DNA of 64,000 nucleotides, from the NCBI GenBank assembly GCA_963663035.1, contig OY760074.1, positions 1,824,001-1,888,000 of the forward strand, given 5' to 3'. Under the pieces are notes generated by a model. That model did not search any database and was not told the DNA's origin. It saw only the letters and a list, made by a program, of their open reading frames with translations. Position 1 is the stretch's first letter. Every line of letters begins with the position of its first letter. Made by a program: the position numbers and the translations under genes. Positions 27,718 through 37,004 of the stretch are shown here, piece by piece. Source of the DNA: Acidobacteriota bacterium (GTDB taxonomy: Bacteria > Acidobacteriota > UBA6911 > RPQK01 > JADFOI01).

Positions 27718-28984
27718 TGACCTGCCCCCACGAACGAGTCCACCCTCTATGCTAGACCCGGGACCATTTGAAGTCCACTCCAAGGGATTGGATCCAGTGC
27801 CTGCGACCTAGGTAGTTTGGCCTCTGGCGCCGGCGGCCGATAGGCCAAGGCGCTGTGAGGCCGGATCTGATTGTAATCCCTCCGCCAGCGTTCTACCAAC
27901 ACCTTGGCTTCCCCCAGCGTGTCGAAGATCTCCATGTTCAGCAGCTCATCCCGTAGTTTCCCGTTGAAACTCTCAATGTACCCATTCTCCCAGGGGCTGC
28001 CCGGCTCGATGTACAAGGTCCTTACCCCAACAGCCTGCAGCCAGTCCCGGACCGCCTGTGCCGTAAACTCCGATCCGTTATCGGACCGGATAAACTCAGG
28101 CACTCCCCGATCAACGAATAACTCCGCCAGCCGGTCCAACACGTCTTGGTGATTCATCTGCCGTTTCACATCAATGGCGAGGCACTCTCTGGTGTACTCA
28201 TCCAGGATCGTCAATAGCCGAAAGGCTCGCCCATCATGGGTCCGTTCATGCACGAAATCATAGCTCCAGACGTGGTTCTTGCGAGCCGCTCGTAACCGAA
28301 CACAGGAACCGTCATTAAGCCACAGCCTCCTTCGTTTCGGCTGTCTGGACGGGACTTTCAGCCCTTCTTGTCTCCACAGCCTCTCCACCCGCTTAGGATT
28401 CACCTTCCACCCTTCCCCATGAAGTATCGCCGTGACCCGCCGGTAGCCATAACGCCCGTATTGCGTAGCCAACTCCACCATCCGGGCCACCAATCGGGCC
28501 TCATCATCGGGAATTTGCCTTTCCCTTCGCTGGGTCGATCGAACCTGTCCCAGCACTTGGCAGGCCCGACGTTCGGAGACTCGCTCTGCTCCTAATCGCT
28601 CTCGTACCCACATCACCGCTCGTCTCCTGTTCGCCGGGCCTAGAAGTTTCCCGAGGACACTTCCTTCAGGATCTGCTTGTCCAAAGACAGATCCGCCACC
28701 AGCTTCTTCAACCGGGTATTCTCCTTCTCCAACACCTTCAACCTCTTGGCCTGGTCCAACCGGAGCCCTCCGTACTCTTTGCGCCACCGGTAGTAGGTCT
28801 GCTCGCTCACCCCCATCTGCTTCGACACCTGTCCCACCCTCTGTCCTTGGGCCAGATCCACCTCTGCCTCACGCAGCTTCATGATGATCTGTTCTGCCCT
28901 AAACCGCTTCCCTGCCATCCTTGCCTCCTTCCTAAACCGGAAATCCTAACATTCAAACTGGACTCGTTTTAGGGGGCAAGGTCA
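27718..28984 (-). mobile_element. Complete IS3-family insertion sequence (IS407-group-like), 1267 bp
   Basis: Imperfect TIRs TGACCTGCCCCCACGAACGAGTCCA / TGACCTTGCCCCCTAAAACGAGTCCA; 4-bp direct repeat CTTG on both flanks; orfA and orfB present. Confidence 0.95.
27747..28918 (-). CDS. IS3 transposase OrfA (28640..28918) / OrfB (to 27747), -1 frameshift fusion
   Basis: OrfA HTH ([12 protein letters not shown]); OrfB DDE ([23 protein letters not shown]); slippery GGGAAAC at the orfA end with orfB in the -1 frame. Confidence 0.93.
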
Positions 28985-29022
28985 CTTGTTTTCTCCAATC
29001 GAGAAGAACAACAATAGGACCG

Positions 29023-31152
29023 ATGAGACCTCCAACAAGATTCCGCTTCTCTGCTTCTCTACTCTGTTTGATCTTCTTTCTCCCAGGGTGCAGTGACTCT
29101 CCAATGGATCGGCCCACCGGGCTGGACCAAACCGAAATTCTTTGGGATTCGTGGGGAGTGCCGCACATCTTTGCCGCGCAGGAAGGAAACCTGTTCTACG
29201 CAATGGGCTGGGCTCAGGCCAAAAGCCACGGCAATCTGATCTTGAGACTTTATGGCCAGGCACGGGGACGGGGAGCCGAACACTGGGGCCAGGCCTATCT
29301 GCCAACAGACCGTTGGGTCCGGATGATGGGTATTCCCGACCGTGCCAGGACCTGGTATGACGCCCAGAGTGGGGAATGGAAGCAAAATCTGGATTCCTTT
29401 GCCCAGGGTATCAATGCTTACGCTCAGGACCATCCTGATCAAATCTCGGAGGAGTTGAAGGTCATCCTGCCGGTAAACGGGCGGGACGTGCTGGCTCACG
29501 CTCAGCGGGTGATTCTTTTTTCCTTCGTCACCAGTCAGAGGCTTCTTCCCTTTGTCGACCAACAATGGAATCCTGGCCAGTCTGCACAACTCCCCAGGAA
29601 CCCTGGTGGATCCAACGGTTGGGCCATTGGACCCTCCAGGTCAGAAAGCGGAAACGCTCTGCTTCTCGCCAATCCCCATTTGCCCTGGTTCGATCTTTAC
29701 CTCTGGTATGAAACACACCTGGTTGGGCCAGGGATCGACGCCTATGGAGCAGGCCTGGTGGGCATCCCGGTCCTGGGGATAGCCTTTAACGACTATCTGG
29801 GCTGGACCCACACCGTCAACGCCCATGACGGAGATGACCTCTACGAGCTCACACTTACGGACGGCGGTTATCGCTGGAACGGTGGGGTCCAGGAGTTTGA
29901 AACGACCCAGGAGATTCTCACGGTCAAGCAGGAGGACGGCACCCTGAAGGAGGAAAAGCTCATCTTCAGGCAGTCCGTTCACGGTCCTGTGATTGCCGAG
30001 AAGAACGGCAAGGCCCTTGCCTTGAGGATCGTGGGGCTCGATCAGTCGGCCATGCTTTCCGAGTGGTGGGATATGATGCAGGCAAGAGATCTCGAGGAAT
30101 TCGAATCTGTTTTGAGGCGCATGCAGATTCCCATGTTTACGGTGATCTATGCCGACCGGGATGGCCACATCATGCATTTCTTCGGTGGTATCACCCCGAT
30201 ACGCCCGGCAGGAGATTGGGACTGGTCGGGGATCGTCCCGGGCGACACCTCGGAAACCCTCTGGACGGGAACCCATAGTTACGAAGAACTCCCTAAAGTG
30301 GTTGATCCCCAGAGCGGCTGGCTCCAAAACGCCAATGATCCCCCTTGGACGACAACCTTTCCGCCCGTCCTGGAGGCCAGCCAGTTCCCTCCTTACATGG
30401 CACCTCGAAGGATGCGCTTGCGAGCGCAGCGTTCGGCCCACATGCTGATGGAAGATGAGAGTATGACCCTCCAAGAGCTGATCCGCTATAAACATTCGAC
30501 CCATGTGGAACTGGCTGATCGTCTCCTCGATGACCTGTTAGCAGCTGCCCAGCAGAGCACCAGTGACCTGGTCCGCCAGGCCGCCCAGGTTCTGAGTTCC
30601 TGGGACCGCAAGACCGATGCCCAAAGCCGGGGTGCGGTCCTGTTTGAAGCTTTCTTTCAGGAACTCAATCGCTCCCAGTCTGACTCTGGTCTTTTTACCC
30701 TCAACTGGAGTGAGGAGTCTGCATTGGAAACCCCCAAGGGACTGGCTGATCGGGAGGCTGCCCTCAAAGCGCTGGAAATCGCGGCAACTCAAGTCCAGGC
30801 AGACCATGGAACACTGGAGGTGGAGTGGGGAAAAGTCAATCGTCTGCGTATAGCTGACCAAGATCTTCCCGCCAACGGAGGACCGGATAGTCTGGGTATC
30901 TTCCGAGCCCTCAGTTTCCAGGGGATTGGCCAGGGCCTGAGAAGGGCTACCTCGGGAGACTCCTTTGTGATGGCCGTGGAGTTTTCCAACCCGGTTCGGG
31001 CTCGGGCCCTACTGAGCTACGGAAATTCCTCACAACCGGAGTCACCCTTTCTTGGAGATCAACTTGAACTTTTTTCACAAAAGGAGTTACGCCCGGTGTG
31101 GCGAACTCGAGAGGAGATCGAGGCCAACCTGGACTCTAGGAAAGAGTTTTAG
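29023..31152 (+). CDS. Penicillin/glutaryl-7-ACA acylase family Ntn-hydrolase lipoprotein
   Basis: LPGC lipobox, WDSWGVPHI, autoproteolytic G/SNGWAI, LLLANPHLPW. Confidence 0.92.
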   Translation: MRPPTRFRFSASLLCLIFFLPGCSDSPMDRPTGLDQTEILWDSWGVPHIFAAQEGNLFYAMGWAQAKSHGNLILRLYGQARGRGAEHWGQAYLPTDRWVRMMGIPDRARTWYDAQSGEWKQNLDSFAQGINAYAQDHPDQISEELKVILPVNGRDVLAHAQRVILFSFVTSQRLLPFVDQQWNPGQSAQLPRNPGGSNGWAIGPSRSESGNALLLANPHLPWFDLYLWYETHLVGPGIDAYGAGLVGIPVLGIAFNDYLGWTHTVNAHDGDDLYELTLTDGGYRWNGGVQEFETTQEILTVKQEDGTLKEEKLIFRQSVHGPVIAEKNGKALALRIVGLDQSAMLSEWWDMMQARDLEEFESVLRRMQIPMFTVIYADRDGHIMHFFGGITPIRPAGDWDWSGIVPGDTSETLWTGTHSYEELPKVVDPQSGWLQNANDPPWTTTFPPVLEASQFPPYMAPRRMRLRAQRSAHMLMEDESMTLQELIRYKHSTHVELADRLLDDLLAAAQQSTSDLVRQAAQVLSSWDRKTDAQSRGAVLFEAFFQELNRSQSDSGLFTLNWSEESALETPKGLADREAALKALEIAATQVQADHGTLEVEWGKVNRLRIADQDLPANGGPDSLGIFRALSFQGIGQGLRRATSGDSFVMAVEFSNPVRARALLSYGNSSQPESPFLGDQLELFSQKELRPVWRTREEIEANLDSRKEF

Positions 31153-32716
31153 CCCGTAAGACGGCTCGTTGAATTTTTCCCGTGGGCGTCAGGGGAAGAC
31201 TCTCAACGATCTCCAGTCGCTCAGGCCATTTGAACTTGGCCGTTCCATCTTGTTCAAGCAGGGCACAAAGTTCCTCCAGGGTGGGGGGCGCCTTTCCCTG
31301 AACTGGCACCACAAAGCAGACGGCGCGTTCACCCAGTCGTTCATCGGGCATGCCCACAATAGCCGTCATATACACTGCGGGATGACGGCGGATCACCTCT
31401 TCCACACTTTCCGGGAGGTACTTGGCCCCGCCCCGATTGATTTCCTCCTTGCGACGTCCCAGGATCTGCACATTGCCCGCGGAATCCATTCTGGCCAGAT
31501 CACCAGTTCGAAACCAACCGTCGCTGGTAAAGCTCTCCTGGGTAGCTTCCGGGTTCTTAAAATAGCTCTTGATGCCAAAGGGGGTTTGAATGACAAGCTC
31601 CCCTTTCTGATCAGGGGAAACTGTCTTGTCCTGGTCGTCGCGAAGGGCAATGACGCAGGCACCTGAGACTCGTCCGGCCGTCATCTCAATCACCTCCGCC
31701 CGATCATCCAGACGCGTGTAGAAACCACCTCCGGTTTCGGTCATGCCCCAAAAAACCATCGGCGTGCAATGCTTCAAGGTCTTGCGCAGCTTGCCCACCA
31801 GATCGGGAGAACAGACGCTGCCGGAGAGGGCAAAGAGCCGAAGGCCACCGAGAGCTTCAGGGTTCAAGTCAGAAGAGGCTAGAAGGTCAACGGCATGCAC
31901 GGGAGCCCCAATCACGACCGTTGCCCCACCTTCAGCCAGCCTGGATGGAAAGGTAGTAGGGCGATACTTTTCCAGAAGCACTTGACGGCAACCGTAGATC
32001 ACACTACTCCAATAGTTCAAAATCGCCCACATGTGGCTGAGGGCTGAACAGCAAAGCATGCCATCGCTTGTTTGAAGTTCCATATCCTTCCCGCAAAACC
32101 AGGAGTTGCTCATCCGCATATTGTGCGTGTGTAGTGTTGCCTTGGGGCTGGCAGTGGTGCCCGATGTAAAAAGCAGCAGGAAGGGATCCTGGGGCTGCGG
32201 ATCTTCCTCTTGAGCCTTGGCAGACTCCTCGGCAAGTTCCTCCCAGGGAATGCTCCCCTGGGGTCTCTCTTCCCCCAGCGAGACGACCTGGCGCAGGGAG
32301 GGAAGCCGTTGCTGTATTTCCAGACCCATCTCCAGGTAGCTAAAGTCCTTGACCGGAGAGCCCATCACCAACATGGCGCTTTCAGCAAAACCCAGGATAT
32401 GCGCCATTTCCGAGCTCCGGTAGGGCATGTGAATGGGATTGAAGATGGCTCTGCGCTTGGATACCGCATGGTGCAGGATGAGAAACTCCGGGATATTGGG
32501 GAGTTGACAGGAGACAACATCGCCCTTTCCTATCCCCCATCTGGCCAATCCTGCGGCCAGGCGATCGCTCTTGAGATCCAAATCGGCGTGACTGAGGGTG
32601 ATGTCTCCCCATTCAATGGCCGGAGCATCGGGGTTTTTCTGGACATTCTCCCGGAGCAGATCGGTAAGACTCTTGTCCAGCCAGCAAGAGTCAGAGGGCT
32701 TCTTATTCGATAACAT
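31136..32716 (-). CDS. AMP-forming acyl/aryl-CoA ligase (cyclohexanecarboxylate-CoA-ligase-like)
   Basis: FTSGTTASPK, WGMTE, GWFRTGDL, GRRKEEINRGG, LPLTPTGKIQR. Confidence 0.9.
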   Translation of the reverse strand: MLSNKKPSDSCWLDKSLTDLLRENVQKNPDAPAIEWGDITLSHADLDLKSDRLAAGLARWGIGKGDVVSCQLPNIPEFLILHHAVSKRRAIFNPIHMPYRSSEMAHILGFAESAMLVMGSPVKDFSYLEMGLEIQQRLPSLRQVVSLGEERPQGSIPWEELAEESAKAQEEDPQPQDPFLLLFTSGTTASPKATLHTHNMRMSNSWFCGKDMELQTSDGMLCCSALSHMWAILNYWSSVIYGCRQVLLEKYRPTTFPSRLAEGGATVVIGAPVHAVDLLASSDLNPEALGGLRLFALSGSVCSPDLVGKLRKTLKHCTPMVFWGMTETGGGFYTRLDDRAEVIEMTAGRVSGACVIALRDDQDKTVSPDQKGELVIQTPFGIKSYFKNPEATQESFTSDGWFRTGDLARMDSAGNVQILGRRKEEINRGGAKYLPESVEEVIRRHPAVYMTAIVGMPDERLGERAVCFVVPVQGKAPPTLEELCALLEQDGTAKFKWPERLEIVESLPLTPTGKIQRAVLRAKTLS

Positions 32717-33830
32717 CGGGAAGGGTCCAGCCTTCCTTAGGACCTGGTGCTTTGTAGTACAGCCATTGCCGTCTGGGGTTGGGTTTCTTTCCGCGGATCA
32801 GATCGTCCATCCAGAGAAAGCCCTTTCGCCACCAACGCCATTTGGGGATTCCCCAGGTGATGATGCGGGCCCACCGCGAATCGGGAAGATTCCAGACGCA
32901 AGTGGTAAAGCAACGGGCGCAATCGTTGAAACGACCCCGATTAGCCGTCCAATACTTCATGCATTTTTTGTTGTCCACCGCCCATTTCTCCACGTTGTCC
33001 TCGATAACCTTCTCTCCATAGGGGATGCACTGAGCCGGGCAATTCACCGCACACTTGTTGCAATCGGTACACATGTCCTGCACACCGATATCCACCGGGC
33101 TGTCCACCTCAAGGGGGAGATCGGTGGTCACGGTTGCCAAACGGACACGTGGTCCATATTTGCGAGTGATAAGGTTTCCGTTTCGTGCCAGCTCTCCCAC
33201 ACCAGCCTCAACAGCAATGGGAATATGGACCACTTCCTCACTAATAAAAAAGTGGGCCTTGGCGGGCCAGCCAATTTCACGGATCCAGGCTGCAAGACTG
33301 ACCACCACCTTGGCACTGTCCAGATAACCCTTGCCAGTTGAAGCGTTGTCGATGAAGCTGGGGGAATTGGCATAGTTTTCGTGTGCCATTTCGACGGCAA
33401 TCGAAATGGCATACTTGTGATTGAGGTCGATAGGCTGCCCGGCAATGCCCTTATGGTGATCGATCCGCAGACCCCGGTGGGTAAAAACCCAAGCTTGATT
33501 CAGCTTGCAGATGCCCACCAGATCAGCATCCAGGAACTTGGCCACCCCTTTGATGATCTCGGACATCCGCCTGGGGTTTTTGACCTCGGTCCGCTTGGGG
33601 TTTAAGGGCCCATCGGCCACACTGCGCCAGGAGCGAATGGGAGCATTTTGGGGTCGCCGATCCGGGTAAAAGATACGCCGAAAAGGATCCTCCGATTCGG
33701 AAATCCATCTTTCCTGGACCCGTTTACCCAGATTGCCCATGGCCGCCTGGGTGTGCAGCTCATCTCGTTGATCGATGCGCTTCAGGGGACCCTTCACCCG
33801 GGTAGTGGGCTCGGATACCGTTCGTGTCAT
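32703..33830 (-). CDS. Reductive dehalogenase-like cobalamin/2x[4Fe-4S] protein, no Tat signal
   Basis: ADLVGI, AISIAVEM, GVGELARNG, GPRVRLATVTTDLPL, CTDCNKCAVNCP and C-x13-CARCFTTC. Confidence 0.8.
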   Translation of the reverse strand: MTRTVSEPTTRVKGPLKRIDQRDELHTQAAMGNLGKRVQERWISESEDPFRRIFYPDRRPQNAPIRSWRSVADGPLNPKRTEVKNPRRMSEIIKGVAKFLDADLVGICKLNQAWVFTHRGLRIDHHKGIAGQPIDLNHKYAISIAVEMAHENYANSPSFIDNASTGKGYLDSAKVVVSLAAWIREIGWPAKAHFFISEEVVHIPIAVEAGVGELARNGNLITRKYGPRVRLATVTTDLPLEVDSPVDIGVQDMCTDCNKCAVNCPAQCIPYGEKVIEDNVEKWAVDNKKCMKYWTANRGRFNDCARCFTTCVWNLPDSRWARIITWGIPKWRWWRKGFLWMDDLIRGKKPNPRRQWLYYKAPGPKEGWTLPDVIE

Positions 33831-33848
33831 GCTTTACACCTCAGGGAA

Positions 33849-33963
33849 GGAGACAGGAGTCAGGAGATAGGAGTCAGGAGAAAGAAATCAGAAGTCAGTC
33901 TCCTGAATAGACTTGAAACTTGGAACCTGGAACTGGTCTCCTGCCTCCTACCTCCTGCCTCCT
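33849..33963. repeat. Heptamer tandem tracts, with an inverted pair at the two ends
   Basis: GGAGACA-GGAGTCA-GGAGATA-GGAGTCA ... CTTGAAA-CTTGGAA-CCTGGAA ... TCCTGCC-TCCTACC-TCCTGCC. Confidence 0.7.
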
Positions 33964-33969
33964 TCTCTT

Positions 33970-35621
33970 TCACCCTGCCTGGATCAGCACAAAGGTGAGG
34001 TCATCGTGTTGAGCCATCCCCTCAGTGAATTGGTCCAAGGCTTCCAGGAGTTCTTTTTTTAGTGCCTCGGCTCCGGCAGGTGCGAAGGTTTTGATGATTT
34101 GCAAAAGTCTCTCTTCCTCAAACATCTCTCCCTGAGTGTCAGTCGCCTCCGTGACGCCATCGGAGTAGATAACCAGGACATCCTTAGGCCCGAACTGGAG
34201 TGGGCGAGAGTTGTAAGAGGCATTGTCGAAAGCTCCCAGGATCAAGCCTTCTGAGCGGAGCTCTTCAATCTCACCCGTGGCAGCACGGAAGAGATAGGCG
34301 GGATTGTGGCCCGCCCCCACGAATTCTCCCTTACCCTGGGCATCGACAGAGAAGAGAAAGAGGGTGGCGAAAGCATTGGAGGGTGATCTTTCGCACAGGA
34401 GGGAATTCACACGGGCCAGTGCCTCCCTGGGTGGCACACCCATACGGAATTCCATGTCCAGGGCTCCCTGCAGCATCGAACTCAACAGAGCCGCCGGCAC
34501 CCCTTTACCGGAGACATCTGCCAAGATCCCAATCAGTTCCTGGGAGGTCGGTTGGAGAAAATCATAGAAGTCGCCTCCCACGTGACGGGTGGGTTCACTA
34601 TGAGCCTCGAAGCTGAAATTCCCGAATTTGGGAAGGGAACGAGGTAAAAGACTTCTCTGGGTCTCGAAGGCGATCACCATTCCCTGCTCGTACTTCCTTC
34701 TCTCCTCAAAGCCTTTGATCATCTCCACCTTCTCGAGCACGTTACCGGCCTCAATTGCCAGCTTCTTGAGGATCTTTTCATCCAGACCCGACAGGGCACC
34801 CATGATGCTGGTACTGTCCAGATAAAGGATTCCCAGAACTTCAGGTCTGTCCGACTCAGCCGATATTCCCTTAAGAGGCAGGCAAGGGCTCTGAGCTGCA
34901 TTTCCACAATACTCTCCTGGCGCGCGAGGTCACCCTTGATTCCCTCAGTCATAAAGACAGGGACTCCAGTGCCTGCCACCTGAGCCACCACAGTTTGGCT
35001 GCTACGAAATTCGGCTTCAGACAAAACCTTGTCCTGGGCAGTGAGCCCTACGACAAAACTGAAAGCGTCGCCCTGCCGCCGAAAAACGCAACCTTTTTCT
35101 GCGCCGATGGTTTGGAGAGCAAATCTCAGTATGTGTTCAAAGGTCTCATCGGAGGAAAACTGCTGCCCCCATTGGTATTGGAGATCCAGGATGAAGTGAA
35201 TCTTCTCCAGATCGGAGTATTCTGAGTACTTCTCAGACCCAAGAACCGAGGTCAAATGGGCTAAGGAGGTTCTGAGATCTCCAGCGGTGGTCTCGCTACC
35301 TTTGGCGAATTCGTCAGATGAAAAAAGCACTTCCAAGCGCCCCAGACGGATTTGGTCTCCAGCTTGAAGCTCTTTCTCTTCAATGCGCTCGTCGTTGACA
35401 AAGGTGCCATGGGTGCTTTTCAGGTCAACGATCGAATAACCTTTATCCTTTTTGACAATCTTGGCATGTTGTCGAGACACAGAGCGGTCGATGAGGACGA
35501 CAAAATCAGCGTCAGAACTTCTGCCAATGAGAACTTCATCCGAACTGACTTCGAAGACTTGCTCCTGGGTCTTCTCCGGGCCCAGCAACTTAAGATAGGG
35601 AGTCGGCTGTTTTTTACTCAT
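33970..35621 (-). pseudogene. FHA-GAF-SpoIIE(PP2C) phosphatase split by a frameshift near 34880
   Basis: FHA (IGRS, SVSRQHA, STHGTFVN) and partial GAF in one frame; VLGILYLDS, VGGDFYDF, ADVSGKG, YSDGVTEA, HDDLT in the other. Confidence 0.85.
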
Positions 35622-35681
35622 CAGGTTTTCCGAGTACTCTCAGCTGGTGCTGATTATCTCAGATAAATTGCATTTTGTAAG

Positions 35682-37004
35682 CTACTGATAGTAATCCAGC
35701 CCCAGATGAGTGATCTGCTCCTCACCGCGCAAATATCGAAGTGTGTTTTTTAACTTCATCAGCTGAATGAAAAGATCGTGTTCGGGGTACAATTCGGGCA
35801 GTGTCATGGGACTCTTGAAATAGAAGGAGAGCCATTCCTGGATGCCACCCATCCCGGCCCTCTTGGCCAGATCCAGAAAGAGCACCAGATCTAAAAGAAG
35901 AGGAGCCGCCAAAATACTATCGCGGCACAAAAAATTAATCTTGAGCTGCATCGGATAGCCCAGCCACCCGAACAGATCGATGTTGTCCCAGCCCTCTTTG
36001 TTGTCTCTTCGAGGGGGATAGTAGTTGATCCGAACCTTGTGATAGAAATTGCTGTAAAGATCGGGATAAACATCGGGCTGCAGAATGTGCTCCAGGACCG
36101 ACAATTTAGATTCTTCCTTGGTTTTGAATGAGCCGGGATCGTCCAAGACTTCACCGTCTCGATTTCCCAAAATATTGGTTGAAAACCAGCCTGATAGTCC
36201 CAACAACCGGGCCTTGAACCCGGGAGCAAGAATCGTCTTCATGAGCGTCTGACCCGTTTTAAAGTCTTTCCCACACACAGGCACTTGCTTCAGTTCCGCC
36301 AGCTGGGTAAAAGCTGGAACATCGACGGTGAGATTGGGAGCTCCATTGGCAAAGGGTATTCCCAAGTGAAGGGCTGCGTAAGCATAGACCATGCTGGAAG
36401 GGATGCTCTCGTCATTGCTCTTCAACCCCGCCTCCAGCTTCTCCAGGGACTGGTGAGCCTCCGTCTGGTTGATAAACACTTCGGTGCTGCCGCACCAAAT
36501 CATGACCATTCGGTCTATGTCTTTCTCCTTTTGAAAGTGCTGGATGTCCTCAACCAACTTCTGGGCCAGATCCCATTTCGTTTTCTCCTTCTTGAGGTGG
36601 GTACCGTGCAGTCGTTTCACATCGCGAGGGTGAAAGACAGCTTTCATGGGGCGGATAGCCTCAAGCTCTCCCCTCACCTGTTCCAACAAGCTGGCTTCCA
36701 GCACGCCGGCATTGACGGAAGCCTTGTAGGCATCCTCCTCAAAGATGTCCCAAGCAGCAAAAACAAGGTCCTCCAGTCCCGCCAGAGGAACAAACTCCGC
36801 AATCCTTGGAATTCTCTTCTCGGTACGCTTTCCCAGACGGACGGTGCCCATCTGGGTGAGGGAACCAATGGGTTTTCCCAAACCCTTTTTTATGGCTTCC
36901 ACTCCAGCGATAAAGGTGGTACTGACAGCTCCAAGGCCAATCAGCAGGACTCCCAGCTTACCCTTTGCATCCGTTATTTCTATTTTCTTCTCACTCATGC
37001 TCAA
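35682..37004 (-). CDS. ino1: Inositol-3-phosphate synthase
   Basis: GLGAV, FANGAPN, GKDFKTGQT, NILGNRDG, CRDSILAAPL, LSFYFKSP. Confidence 0.93.
   Translation of the reverse strand: MSMSEKKIEITDAKGKLGVLLIGLGAVSTTFIAGVEAIKKGLGKPIGSLTQMGTVRLGKRTEKRIPRIAEFVPLAGLEDLVFAAWDIFEEDAYKASVNAGVLEASLLEQVRGELEAIRPMKAVFHPRDVKRLHGTHLKKEKTKWDLAQKLVEDIQHFQKEKDIDRMVMIWCGSTEVFINQTEAHQSLEKLEAGLKSNDESIPSSMVYAYAALHLGIPFANGAPNLTVDVPAFTQLAELKQVPVCGKDFKTGQTLMKTILAPGFKARLLGLSGWFSTNILGNRDGEVLDDPGSFKTKEESKLSVLEHILQPDVYPDLYSNFYHKVRINYYPPRRDNKEGWDNIDLFGWLGYPMQLKINFLCRDSILAAPLLLDLVLFLDLAKRAGMGGIQEWLSFYFKSPMTLPELYPEHDLFIQLMKLKNTLRYLRGEEQITHLGLDYYQ

Noticed and set aside
32703-33830. Organohalide respiration locus
   Set aside because: No Tat signal, no rdhB membrane anchor and no rdh accessory genes
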